A stretch of 32,000 nucleotides of DNA from an uncultured Opitutales bacterium (GTDB lineage Bacteria; Verrucomicrobiota; Verrucomicrobiia; Opitutales; Intestinicryptomonadaceae): assembly GCA_934660865.1 (NCBI GenBank), contig CAKUIA010000005.1, positions 30,001-62,000 on the forward strand, given 5' to 3'. A program made the translations under genes and the position numbers. How positions within the stretch are numbered: position 1 is the stretch's first letter; each line of letters starts with the position of its first letter. A model generated the notes under the pieces. That model searched no databases. It was given only the letters and a program-made list of their open reading frames with translations, and was not told the DNA's origin. Positions 9,216-18,524 of this stretch are shown here, piece after piece.

Positions 9216-9989
9216 ATGAACAAACTAAACGAATTGCTCGCAAAAAAAGACAAGAACCTGCTTTCGGTATATTTTACCGCGGGCTACCCGAACTTGAACG
9301 ACACTACAAAGATAATAGAGGCCCTCGACAAAAACGGCGTAGACCTTATAGAAATAGGCCTGCCCTTTTCCGACCCCATTGCCGACGGGCAAACCATTCA
9401 GGAAAGCTCGCATTTGGCCCTCGTAAACGGAATGACAACACAGCTTATGTTCGAGCAGCTTAAAACGCTGAAAAACACGAATGCGGTTTTAATTTTAATG
9501 ACCTATTTAAACTTGGTTGTGCACTACGGCTTTGAAAACACATTAAAGATGTGCAAAGAGTGCAACATTTCGGCGATGATTTTGCCCGACTTGCCGCTTG
9601 AAGAATACGAGCGCGACTACAAAGCCCTTTGCGAAAAATACGGCATAAAAATCGTTATGCTCATAAGCCCCGAAAGCTCAGACGAAAGGATAAGGGCCAT
9701 AGACAACGCAACAGATTCGTTTATCTATATGGTTTCAAGCGCGTCGGTAACGGGCACAAAAGACGATTTCGACGAAAGGCAGTGCGCATATTTTAAACGC
9801 ATTAGCGATATGAACCTAAAAAACAAACGCCTTATAGGCTTCGGCATTTCCAACAAAAAAACAAAGGATAAGGCCAACAAATATTCTTCGGGCGTTATAA
9901 TAGGCAGCGCCTTTATAAAAGCATTGGCGCAAGAACCGAACAACCCCGAAAAGGCGGTTAAAATTTTTCTTGAAAAACTGGAAAAGTAA
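9216..9989 (+). CDS. trpA: Tryptophan synthase alpha chain
   Basis: 257 aa. YFTAGYP, DLIEIGLPFSDPIADGQTIQ, GFGIS motifs. AGAGGA Shine-Dalgarno-like sequence upstream. Confidence 0.93.
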   Translation: MNKLNELLAKKDKNLLSVYFTAGYPNLNDTTKIIEALDKNGVDLIEIGLPFSDPIADGQTIQESSHLALVNGMTTQLMFEQLKTLKNTNAVLILMTYLNLVVHYGFENTLKMCKECNISAMILPDLPLEEYERDYKALCEKYGIKIVMLISPESSDERIRAIDNATDSFIYMVSSASVTGTKDDFDERQCAYFKRISDMNLKNKRLIGFGISNKKTKDKANKYSSGVIIGSAFIKALAQEPNNPEKAVKIFLEKLEK

Positions 9990-10142
9990 AAACGTTTAAA
10001 ACAAAATTTTGCATGGAGCTGCACGGTTGCAACACCCGAAAAACGGCTCTGTTATAAAAAATTGCGGTGCACAGCAAAAAAAGCTTGTATCGCAATTTTT
10101 TTCGATTAACCTATAAATCGTTTAATACTTGATAATAACACT

Positions 10143-10706
10143 ATGGCTAATTTTATAGAAACACAAATAGACGAACTGCGCGCCGTTTTGGAAAGCGCAA
10201 AAGCACTTGCCCCCGAAATCGAAAGGGCGGCATTATACGCCAGCGAATGTATAAACAACGGCGGCACAATATTTTCGTGCGGCAACGGCGGCAGCGCGGC
10301 CGACGCAATGCACCTGGCCGAAGAGCTTTCGGGCAGATACAAGAACAACCGCAAAGCGCTCCGCGGCTTGGCCCTGAATGCCGACCCTACCGCCATAACC
10401 TGCATCGCAAACGACTTCGGCTACGACAACCTTTTTTCGCGCCAGCTTGAAGCCTTCGGCAAAGAGGGCGACTTGCTTGTTTTGTTCAGCTCTAGCGGCA
10501 ATTCAAAGAACCAGCTTAACGCCATAGAGCAGGCAAAGCAAATGGGGGTAAAAACCTTTTTGGTTACAGGCAAAAGCGGCGGCATTTGCAAAGGCAAGGC
10601 CGACTTTGAAATTGTAGTGCCCTCGAACACCGGCGCAAGGGTGCAGGAAGTACATACAATGGTGCTGCACATCTTAATTGAGTATATCGAAAAGAATTTG
10701 AAATAA
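10143..10706 (+). CDS. gmhA: SIS-domain sedoheptulose-7-phosphate isomerase (GmhA family)
   Basis: 187 aa, colinear with E. coli GmhA as I recall it (SCGNGGSAADAMHLAEELSGRY, NDFGYDNLFSRQ, SSSGNS, QEVHTMVLHILIE). Confidence 0.85.
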   Translation: MANFIETQIDELRAVLESAKALAPEIERAALYASECINNGGTIFSCGNGGSAADAMHLAEELSGRYKNNRKALRGLALNADPTAITCIANDFGYDNLFSRQLEAFGKEGDLLVLFSSSGNSKNQLNAIEQAKQMGVKTFLVTGKSGGICKGKADFEIVVPSNTGARVQEVHTMVLHILIEYIEKNLK

Positions 10707-10726
10707 AAACGAGAGGAAAATTATAT

Positions 10727-12949
10727 ATGAAACTTAAAGCAACCGCATTGTTTGCTTCGGCTGTAATTGCCGCGGCAGGCTGTTTTGGGGTGGAAAATCC
10801 CGCAAAATACGTTAAACCCTTTGTGGGAACCGCCTATGTAGGCCACACGTTCCCCGGGCCTACAATGCCCTTCGGCTTGGTTCAACCCGGGCCCGAAACG
10901 GGTCAATATAACTGGAAATACTGCAGCGGCTATAACTACGACGACAAAGCCATAATTTCTTTCGGGCAAACGCACATGAACGGCACGGGCTGCCCCGACT
11001 TTGGCGACGTTGCCTTTATGCCCTTTGTGGGCGACCCCGTTAAAAAGTCGTACAAAAGCGCGTTCGACAAGAAAAACGAAAGCTCGGAAATAGGCCTATA
11101 CAAAGTTTACCTGGACGACGCCAAGGCGGAGGTAAAAATTACCGCAACCGAGCGCGTTGCCTTCTACGAAATTAAGTTCGACGAAGATAACGGCGGGTTG
11201 TTTTTTAACTTCCAAAGCGGCATGGGCGGCAATCCGGCGCGCCGCGTGCTGGAATGTTCTATCGACACCGAAACCGTAAAGCCCACAACGCTTTTCGGCG
11301 AAATCGAGGCTCTGTTTAACGACAATGCCCCCAATGCGATTTCGGGCTACGTAAGAACGGCGGGCTTTACAAATCGCAAAGTTTATTTTTACGTTGTTTT
11401 CGACAAGCCCATTTTAAAGCTTACTCAGGTAAAAATGGGAGCTGCCACCGAAAAGGGACCTAAATGGGCCTTGCAGTTCGGACTTAAAAAAGGAGAAACG
11501 CTAAAGGTTAAAATTGCAATGTCTACGGCGTCTAAAGAGGGCGCAAAGCTTAACATGAAAAGCGAGCTAGACGGCTGGAACTTTAAGCAAACCGTTGCCG
11601 ACAACAAGGCAAAGTGGAACAAAATTTTGGGCTTGATAGACGCAAAGGGCGACGAGGCTTCGCTTGAAAACTTCTACACAAGCATGTACCACTTGTTTGT
11701 GCAACCCAACAATTTGTGCGATGTAGACGGCTCGTATACGGCCACAAACGGCCAGGTTAAAAAGTCGCCCACAAAAAGCTACCATAGCTCGTGGAGCTTG
11801 TGGGACACCTACAGGGCGGCCCACCCCCTATACACAATCCTGACCCCCGAAAAGGTAGACTTGTTTGTAAACGACATGCTTGCCCACTACGAAACAAAGG
11901 GCTATTTGCCCGTTAACGTATATTGGGGTTTTGAAACGCATTGCATGATAGGCAACCACGCAATAAGCGTAATCGGCGAAGCAATAGTTAAGGGCTTTAA
12001 CGGTTTCGACCGCCAAAAGGCTCTGGACGCAATGGTAGTTTCCTCTACCGTTCCCCACAAAAAGTCGCCGTGGGTAGACTACGAAAAATGCGGCTATTTC
12101 CCCTTCGACGTGATGAAAACCGAATCGGTTTCGTCTACAATGGAGGCAACCTACAACGACGCATGCGTAGCAGCTTCCGCAAAGGTTTTGGGCAACAAGT
12201 TCATTGAAGAGCACTTTACAAAGCGCGCAAACTTCTACAAAAACCTGTTCGACCCGACCACAAAATTTATGCGCGGCCGCGACAGCAAGGGCAACTGGAG
12301 AGAACCCTTTAGCCCCTTCCAATTCTCGCACGCAGAAACCTTTGGCGGCGACTACACCGAAGGCAGCGCCTGGCAGTACACCTGGCACGTTCAGCACGAC
12401 CCAATGGGGCTTATAAAGCTTTTCGGCTCGAACGAAGCTTTTTGCGAAAGGCTTAACCACCTTTTTGTTGCCGAAGACGGCAACAAGAACGCACGCAAAA
12501 GCGCCGACATTACGGGCTTAATCGGCCAATACGTTCACGGCAACGAGCCCAGCCACCACATTGTATACCTCTTTGCTTTGGCCGACCAGCCCCGCAGAAC
12601 GGCGGAATTGGTAAGGGAAGTTTTCGACAAATTCTACCTAAACAAGCCCGACGGCCTTTGCGGCAACGACGACTGCGGCCAAATGAGCGCATGGTATATA
12701 TTCTCGGCAATGGGTTTCTACCCCGTAAGCCCAATTTCGGCGGAATATGTTTTGGGCGCACCCCAGCTTGAAAAGGCGGTTATAAACCTTAAAGACGGCA
12801 GGAAATTCGAAATTGTCGCCCGCAATTTCTCGAAGGAAAACAAATACGTTAAGTCGGTAAAACTTAACGGCAAACCCTACAACAAAAAGACAATCTCGCA
12901 CAAAGACGTAATGAACGGCGGCGTGCTAGAGTTTGAAATGTGCAAATAA
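10727..12949 (+). CDS. GH92 family alpha-mannosidase, secreted (possible lipoprotein)
   Basis: 740 aa. Canonical GH92 motifs (YVKPFVGT, GHTFPGPTMPFGLVQPGPET, GQTHMNGTGC, GNDDCGQMSAWYIFSAMGFYPV). Signal peptide with AAAGC, a lipobox-like cysteine. Starts 20 nt after gmhA. Confidence 0.9.
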   Translation: MKLKATALFASAVIAAAGCFGVENPAKYVKPFVGTAYVGHTFPGPTMPFGLVQPGPETGQYNWKYCSGYNYDDKAIISFGQTHMNGTGCPDFGDVAFMPFVGDPVKKSYKSAFDKKNESSEIGLYKVYLDDAKAEVKITATERVAFYEIKFDEDNGGLFFNFQSGMGGNPARRVLECSIDTETVKPTTLFGEIEALFNDNAPNAISGYVRTAGFTNRKVYFYVVFDKPILKLTQVKMGAATEKGPKWALQFGLKKGETLKVKIAMSTASKEGAKLNMKSELDGWNFKQTVADNKAKWNKILGLIDAKGDEASLENFYTSMYHLFVQPNNLCDVDGSYTATNGQVKKSPTKSYHSSWSLWDTYRAAHPLYTILTPEKVDLFVNDMLAHYETKGYLPVNVYWGFETHCMIGNHAISVIGEAIVKGFNGFDRQKALDAMVVSSTVPHKKSPWVDYEKCGYFPFDVMKTESVSSTMEATYNDACVAASAKVLGNKFIEEHFTKRANFYKNLFDPTTKFMRGRDSKGNWREPFSPFQFSHAETFGGDYTEGSAWQYTWHVQHDPMGLIKLFGSNEAFCERLNHLFVAEDGNKNARKSADITGLIGQYVHGNEPSHHIVYLFALADQPRRTAELVREVFDKFYLNKPDGLCGNDDCGQMSAWYIFSAMGFYPVSPISAEYVLGAPQLEKAVINLKDGRKFEIVARNFSKENKYVKSVKLNGKPYNKKTISHKDVMNGGVLEFEMCK

Positions 12950-12956
12950 TTTTACT

Positions 12957-13937
12957 ATGGCTAAATACTTATTGGGGATAGACGTCGGCGGCACAAAGTG
13001 CGCCGTTACCCTCGGCATTCTCGACGAAAGGGAAAACATTAAAATTTCCGCTAAGGAAAAGTTTGCAACTTTTGTCGGCAATCCGAAAAAAACAATAGAC
13101 ACGTTCTTTGAAGTCTCTAAAAAGATTTTAAAGAAGGCAAAACTGCAAAAGTCGGACATTTCCGCCATAGGCATAAGCTGCGGCGGGCCGCTCGACAGCA
13201 AAAGGGGCGTTGTTATGTCGCCGCCGAACCTGCCGGGCTGGAACAATATAGAAATTGTAAAGGCTTTCGAAAAGGAATTCGGGGTAAAAACCCTGTTGCA
13301 AAACGACGCAAACGCATGCGCTTTGGCCGAATGGAAATTCGGCGCTGGCCGCGGCTTGGACAACGTTGTGTTTATGACGTTCGGCACCGGATTGGGCGCG
13401 GGTCTTATTTTAGACGGCAAGCTCTATTCGGGCACAAACGACAATGCGGGCGAAGTGGGCCACGTAAGGCTTGCCGATTTCGGCGGCACGGGCTACGGCA
13501 AATGCGGCTCGTTTGAAGGCTTTTGCAGCGGCAGCGGCATTGCGCAAATCGGCAAAATGAAGGCTATGGAAAAGCTGCAAATGGGCCAAACGGTTGCATT
13601 TTGCAAAGATCTTTCTTCGTTGAACGACATAAACGCAAAAGTTATTGCCGACTGCGCCGACAATGGCGACGCCCTTGCAAAGGAAGTATACGCAATTAGC
13701 GGACACTATCTGGGCATAGGCCTTTCGATGATAATCGACATACTAAACCCGCAAGCCGTTATTATTGGCAGCATATTCACAAGGTCTAAAAAGCTTTTGT
13801 GGAGCGAGGCTAAAAAGGTTATCGACAAAGAAGCCCTGCCCGTTTCCGCAAAGGTATGCAAAGTTTTGCCCGCCGCCCTCGGCGAAAATATAGGCGACTT
13901 TGCCGCCCTTTCGCTTGCAGCCTACGCGCTTAAATAA
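12957..13937 (+). CDS. ROK-family sugar kinase (substrate unknown: hexose or N-acetylhexosamine)
   Basis: MAKYLLGIDVGGTKCAV, LQNDANACALAE and GEVGH motifs of ROK kinases. The track start at 12933 is a TTG overlapping GH92, so I chose the ATG at 12957 (7 nt after the GH92 stop). The zinc motif is non-canonical (GKCGSFEGFCSG). Confidence 0.85.
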   Translation: MAKYLLGIDVGGTKCAVTLGILDERENIKISAKEKFATFVGNPKKTIDTFFEVSKKILKKAKLQKSDISAIGISCGGPLDSKRGVVMSPPNLPGWNNIEIVKAFEKEFGVKTLLQNDANACALAEWKFGAGRGLDNVVFMTFGTGLGAGLILDGKLYSGTNDNAGEVGHVRLADFGGTGYGKCGSFEGFCSGSGIAQIGKMKAMEKLQMGQTVAFCKDLSSLNDINAKVIADCADNGDALAKEVYAISGHYLGIGLSMIIDILNPQAVIIGSIFTRSKKLLWSEAKKVIDKEALPVSAKVCKVLPAALGENIGDFAALSLAAYALK

Positions 13938-13960
13938 AAAATTTTAAACATTTACCCAAC

Positions 13961-14000
13961 AAAGCACCGTTAAAGCATTTTTGCTTTTGGTGCTTTTTTT
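13961..14000 (+). terminator. Rho-independent terminator after the gmhA-GH92-ROK unit
   Basis: AAAGCACC 13961-13968 pairs with GGTGCTTT 13989-13996. An inner AAAGC/GCTTT stem extends it, and a T-run follows to 14000 and beyond. Confidence 0.75.
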
Positions 14001-14040
14001 GTTTTTGCGAAAAAAGAAAATTTTAGGCGCTTAAAATATT

Positions 14041-14069
14041 TTGACAGCACAAAAACTTTACCGTAGCTT
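14041..14069 (+). promoter_or_regulatory. Sigma-70-like promoter candidate for the GH2 gene
   Basis: TTGACA (14041-14046), 17-nt spacer, TAGCTT (14064-14069). About 55 nt upstream of the ATG. The GCCGCG/CGCGGC hairpin at about 14085-14102 would lie in the 5'UTR. Confidence 0.45.
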
Positions 14070-14125
14070 TTTTCCACATTAAACGCCGCGCGTGTTCGCG
14101 GCAAAACAGATTAACAGCAAAATAT

Positions 14126-16969
14126 ATGATGAATACAAAAACCATAATTTCGGCATTGGCCTTAGGCTCGCTTTCGGTAGCTACGGCATTTGCCGTAGAC
14201 AACTACGGGCTTCGCAGGGCGCAGCCGCAGGATATGCTGCCAAAGGCAAAGGCCGCCCCGCAAACGTCGCAGCGCAAGCCTTTTGCAAAGGTGCAAAACA
14301 AGTTTGTGGAAAAGTCGCACAACTCGTTCGCGTTAAGAGACGGCTGGACAATGTTCGAAGAAGACTGCATTGTGTCTTCGCCGGCAAACATTTTTGCCGA
14401 CAATTTTTCGGCGGGCGAAAACGAATTTAACGCAACAGTTCCCGGCACAATACTGCAAACGCTTGTAGACAGCGGCGTGTATCCAAACCCCTACTACGGC
14501 CTGAACAACTTTTACATTCCCGACACAATATGCCGCAAAAACTGGTTCTTTAGAACCGAGTTTGAGCTGGGAAACCTTGCAAACAAAGGCGAAAACATAC
14601 AGCTTGTTATTAACGGCATAAACTACAAAGCCGACATTTGGCTAAACGGCAAAAAGCTGGGCCAAACAAAAGGCGCCTTTATAAGGGGCTATTTCGACAT
14701 AACAGACATTGTAAACAAAAGCGGCAAAAACGTTTTGGCGATAAGGGTATGCCCGCCGCCGAATGTAGGCATTGCGCACGAAGAGTCTGACCGCTCGGGA
14801 CAGGGCCCCAACGGCGGCACAATGTGCCTAGACGGCCCGACTTTTATATGCTCGGAAGGCTGGGACTGGATACCCACCATACGCGACCGCAACAGCGGCA
14901 TTTGGCGCGACATAGAAATTAAATTCACAAACTCGGCCTCTATCGGCGACGCCTTTGTAAAAACCGACTTAAATTTGCCCGAATGCAGCTTGGCAAAAAT
15001 TTCGGCAAGCGTTCCCGTATCGAACAAATCCAACGCAAAAAAGACATTTACCGTTAAATGCACAATAGACGGCAAAACGCTCGAAAAATCGGTTTCGCTT
15101 AAGGCAAACGAAAGCAAAGACGTTGAATTTGAAATGCAAATGCAAAATCCCAAGCTTTGGTGGCCGAACAATATGGGCGAGCAGAACCTGTATTTTGCCG
15201 ACATTTCGGTTTCCGAAAACGGCGTTGTAAGCGACAAAAAGCTTGTGCGTTTCGGCGTAAGGGAAATCAGCTATTTGATGATGGTAGACCTTCCCGAAAA
15301 GAACGGTTTTTTTGCCGAATTTAACCCCATAGAGGGCTACAAAAACAAAACTTCGCCGTTCGACAATTCCAAACGCCGCGAAGTTGTCGACAGAATGGTT
15401 GCCCCCAAAGTTTTAAAAGACGCCAATTTAAGCGCATTTACCCCCTCTACCGAAAAAACGCCGTATTTGATCGTAAAAATAAACGGCAAAAAAGTGTTTG
15501 TAAAGGGCGGCAACTGGGGTATAGACGACGCAATGAAACGTATTTCGCGAGAAAAGCTAATCCCATATTTCGAGCTTCAAAAGAGGCAAAACTTCAACAT
15601 AATCCGCAACTGGACGGGCGAAACAACGCAGGAGGAATTCTACGAACTTTGCGACGAATACGGCATGCTTGTTTGGAACGATTTTTGGTCGTCCACGCAA
15701 AACTACAACCTAAGGGCGCAAGACGAAGCCTTGTTTGTTGAAAACGCAAAAGATGTTGTTTTGCGCTACAGAAACCACCCGTCCATAGTATTCTGGTGCC
15801 CAAAAAACGAGGGCTATGTAACCGAAGAGCTTAACGCCGACTTGGCAAAGCTTATTGCCGAATGCGACGGCACACGCTACTACATACCAAACTCGCGCTT
15901 TGTGAATATGAGAACCAGCGGCCCATACCGCTACTTTAAAGACGCAGCCTTTTACTACGGCGGCACAAGCCACGGGTTTAACACCGAAATAGGCAGTTTT
16001 TCGATACCTACGGCGGAAACGGTTCGCAGCTTTATCCCCAAAGAAGACCTTTGGCCGGTAAGCGACACATGGGTTCACCACGACCTGCACAACGGCCATT
16101 TTAGACAGGAATATTATAGCGCCCTGGAAGACGACTTCGGCAAAAAAAGCCGAAACGAAGCCGAATTTTGCGCAAAGGCGCAGGTGCTTAACTACGAATC
16201 GTACAGGGCAATGTTCGAGGGCCGCTTTGCGCATTTGTGGGACGACACAACGGGCCTTATGCTGTGGATGAGCCACCCCGCCTGGCCGAGCATGACCTGG
16301 CAGACATATTCGTGGGACTACGAAACTACGGGCGCATATTTCGGCACAATGAAAGCCTGCCAGCCGATACACGTTCAAATGAATTTAAGCGACTTTAAGG
16401 TTGTTGTAGTAAACAACAACTACGAGGCTATGCCCGACATTACGGTTTCGGCCAAAGTATATTCGGCAAAGGGCGAACTGCTTTGGCAAAAATCGCAGAA
16501 GGCAACGCTTTTGGCGAACGACAAAACCGAAACCTTTAAGGTTGAATTCCCCGAAAACTTAAACGAGTGCGTTCTAATTAGAACAACCCTTGAAAAGTCG
16601 GGGCAAATTTTGGCGCAAAACGACTATTGGAAAAACCCGAAAAACCCATCCGACAGAAGGGCAATGCTGAAAGTCGGCAAGCCCGAATTGGCGATAGAGG
16701 GCGAAATTAGGGAAAGCCAAAGGAACGGCTTTGCCGTTTACGAATTTACCCTTAAAAACAAAAGCGCGTTTACGGCGTCGTCGGTAAAGCTAAACGCCCG
16801 CAACGCCAAGGGCGAAAGAATTTTGCCCGCGTATTTTTCGGACGGCTTCTTTAACCTTTTGCCGAACGAAAGCGTGAAAATTTCGGCGGAAATTCCCGCC
16901 GAAAAGAAGGTGGGCAAAATTTACTTTACCTACGAAACACTTACAAAAACAACGCCCGAAAAGCTCTAG
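14126..16969 (+). CDS. GH2 family glycoside hydrolase, beta-mannosidase / exo-beta-glucosaminidase-like clade, secreted
   Basis: 947 aa. Signal peptide MMNTKTIISALALGSLSVATAFA. GH2 N-terminal sugar-binding region (VPGTILQTLVDSGVYPNPYYGLNN), TIM-barrel region with WCPKNEG (candidate acid/base NE) and WMSHPAWPS. Confidence 0.85.
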   Translation: MMNTKTIISALALGSLSVATAFAVDNYGLRRAQPQDMLPKAKAAPQTSQRKPFAKVQNKFVEKSHNSFALRDGWTMFEEDCIVSSPANIFADNFSAGENEFNATVPGTILQTLVDSGVYPNPYYGLNNFYIPDTICRKNWFFRTEFELGNLANKGENIQLVINGINYKADIWLNGKKLGQTKGAFIRGYFDITDIVNKSGKNVLAIRVCPPPNVGIAHEESDRSGQGPNGGTMCLDGPTFICSEGWDWIPTIRDRNSGIWRDIEIKFTNSASIGDAFVKTDLNLPECSLAKISASVPVSNKSNAKKTFTVKCTIDGKTLEKSVSLKANESKDVEFEMQMQNPKLWWPNNMGEQNLYFADISVSENGVVSDKKLVRFGVREISYLMMVDLPEKNGFFAEFNPIEGYKNKTSPFDNSKRREVVDRMVAPKVLKDANLSAFTPSTEKTPYLIVKINGKKVFVKGGNWGIDDAMKRISREKLIPYFELQKRQNFNIIRNWTGETTQEEFYELCDEYGMLVWNDFWSSTQNYNLRAQDEALFVENAKDVVLRYRNHPSIVFWCPKNEGYVTEELNADLAKLIAECDGTRYYIPNSRFVNMRTSGPYRYFKDAAFYYGGTSHGFNTEIGSFSIPTAETVRSFIPKEDLWPVSDTWVHHDLHNGHFRQEYYSALEDDFGKKSRNEAEFCAKAQVLNYESYRAMFEGRFAHLWDDTTGLMLWMSHPAWPSMTWQTYSWDYETTGAYFGTMKACQPIHVQMNLSDFKVVVVNNNYEAMPDITVSAKVYSAKGELLWQKSQKATLLANDKTETFKVEFPENLNECVLIRTTLEKSGQILAQNDYWKNPKNPSDRRAMLKVGKPELAIEGEIRESQRNGFAVYEFTLKNKSAFTASSVKLNARNAKGERILPAYFSDGFFNLLPNESVKISAEIPAEKKVGKIYFTYETLTKTTPEKL

Positions 16970-16991
16970 TTTTTTTAGGAAAGCACACTAC

Positions 16992-17027
16992 AAAAAGCGT
17001 TTGCCGAGCTTGGCAAACGCTTTTTTT
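16992..17027 (+). terminator. Rho-independent terminator of the GH2 gene
   Basis: GCGTTTGCC 16997-17005 pairs with GGCAAACGC 17012-17020 (9 bp, 6-nt loop), followed by 7 T. Confidence 0.85.
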
Positions 17028-17057
17028 ATGCAAGATATTCCGCGCAAACTTTGGCGC

Positions 17058-17096
17058 AAAAAACGCCCGCCCGAATAAAAAATCGGGTGGGCGTTT
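17058..17096 (-). terminator. Rho-independent terminator of the UAP1-like gene
   Basis: An 11-12 bp GC-rich stem (17063-17074 with 17083-17094, one G.U), followed on the minus strand by 6 T. It lies 22 nt after the stop at 17118. Confidence 0.8.
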
Positions 17097-17117
17097 GCAA
17101 AAAATTTTGCAATTATG

Positions 17118-18524
17118 CTACTGCAAATATTGCGGTTTCGAAAAATCCACACACGGCTTTAGCTTTGCCCATTGCGATTTAAAATCGGCAAAGTTGCAGG
17201 CAAAAAGCGGGCTTATTTCCAAATCGTGCAGGGGCACGCCGTCGGCGTCTACTGCAATGTCTACGCCGACTTGTTTTAGCCAGTATGCAAACTGCTTTTC
17301 CTGGTCTATTTTGCTTGTAAGCGGCGAATCTTTGCCCTCGGCGTTCTTTATGGGCGAAAACTCTTCGCGCCTTACGCCCTCTATAATTACGGGGTTGTTC
17401 GCCATAGGCAATGCGTCGAAAACAAACATTTCAAACTTATAGCCGTTGGGGCTTTCGGGCTTAATCTTTTGCCCGTTTTTGTCTATATAGGGAATTTTCT
17501 TGTGCGCAATATGGAATGGCAAGGTGGAATTTTTGCCGCATTTTTCGACAAAATCCAGCGATATAACGTGAATTGCCACGCTGCCTGCAACAAACTTCAA
17601 AGACCCGTCGGCATTGCGAAGCTGCTGCATGCTTTCGGGCAAGTCGGAATATTCTACAACGTTAAGACGCCCCTCGTACATGCAAAAATGCCCGACCTTT
17701 TCAAGCGGGTATGCTTTGGGAATCATTTTCGACGACATATCCGAAGCCCCCTTTATGTGGAAGCCCAAAAACGCCTCGTCTACAATGTTAACAATGGGGT
17801 TGTCTACCTGAAAATAGCTTAGGTATTTTACGCCGCGCCTTTTCAATTCGTCAAGCGCGCCGCTTTTTACTATCGCGCGCAAACTGCCGCCGTGGCCGTC
17901 GGGCGAAAGGGCTATTTTGCCCTTGTCTTCCATTATTATTTTGCCGTCGGCCGTAGCTGCGGGCATTCTGCCCTGTTTAAAGAAAATAACGTCGTTTTTA
18001 TCCAGCCCGAAAAAGTTGTTTTCCTCGAAGTGCGCGCGGGTGGCCGCGTCGTTTATATGGCTTGTCATTATAAGCCACGGAATTTTTACGCCGTATTTTT
18101 GCGAAGCCCTTAAAATTTTTTCGGCAAAAACCCGAAACAGGCTTTTGTGCATTATGGGAGTTGCCTTATATGTGCCTTTCGGGCCGTTGTAGCCGAGGCG
18201 GGTTCCCTGGCCGCCGGCAACCACAAAACAGGCAAGCTCGCCGCGCGAAATTGCCGAGGCACCCGCCTTGGCCGCGTCTTCCCACAAGGCTGCGTTGCCG
18301 CCGTTTTCGGGGTTGGCAATAAAGGGGGCGGCCTGCAATTTGCCGTAGTCTATTGCGCTTTTGGGCTGCGCGCCGTTAAGCATTTTGCAAAGCCCGTCAA
18401 ACTCGTTTAAATCTATTTGGGAACAGTCGTCTAGCAGCGATTTTTTTTGCTCGGGAGTAAGCCCGTCAAAAAACTCGAAAACCTGCGCTTGCCCCGCCTT
18501 TTTGAATTTTTCGATTATTTCCAT
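17118..18524 (-). CDS. UDP-N-acetylhexosamine / UDP-sugar pyrophosphorylase, eukaryote-type UAP1/UDPGP family
   Basis: 468 aa, colinear with human UAP1 as I recall it: VVAGGQGTRLGYNGPKG (LAGGQGTRLG), PWLIMTS, FFKQGRMPA, SPDGHGG, YFQVDN, VVEYSDL, HKKIPYID, PNGYKFEMFVFD, EFSPIKNA. Confidence 0.85.
   Translation of the reverse strand: MEIIEKFKKAGQAQVFEFFDGLTPEQKKSLLDDCSQIDLNEFDGLCKMLNGAQPKSAIDYGKLQAAPFIANPENGGNAALWEDAAKAGASAISRGELACFVVAGGQGTRLGYNGPKGTYKATPIMHKSLFRVFAEKILRASQKYGVKIPWLIMTSHINDAATRAHFEENNFFGLDKNDVIFFKQGRMPAATADGKIIMEDKGKIALSPDGHGGSLRAIVKSGALDELKRRGVKYLSYFQVDNPIVNIVDEAFLGFHIKGASDMSSKMIPKAYPLEKVGHFCMYEGRLNVVEYSDLPESMQQLRNADGSLKFVAGSVAIHVISLDFVEKCGKNSTLPFHIAHKKIPYIDKNGQKIKPESPNGYKFEMFVFDALPMANNPVIIEGVRREEFSPIKNAEGKDSPLTSKIDQEKQFAYWLKQVGVDIAVDADGVPLHDLEISPLFACNFADFKSQWAKLKPCVDFSKPQYLQ

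Noticed and set aside
10056-10102. A possible terminator after trpA (AAAAAATTGCG ... CGCAATTTTTTT).
   Set aside because: It has only a 6-bp GC-containing stem with a 24-nt loop. The T-run is suggestive, but the hairpin is too weak to call without folding energies.
14126-14140. GH2 and GDPD (30041) both begin MMNTK, which hints at a duplicated 5' module.
   Set aside because: Identity is limited to five codons with different nucleotide sequence afterwards. It is a coincidental signal-peptide start.
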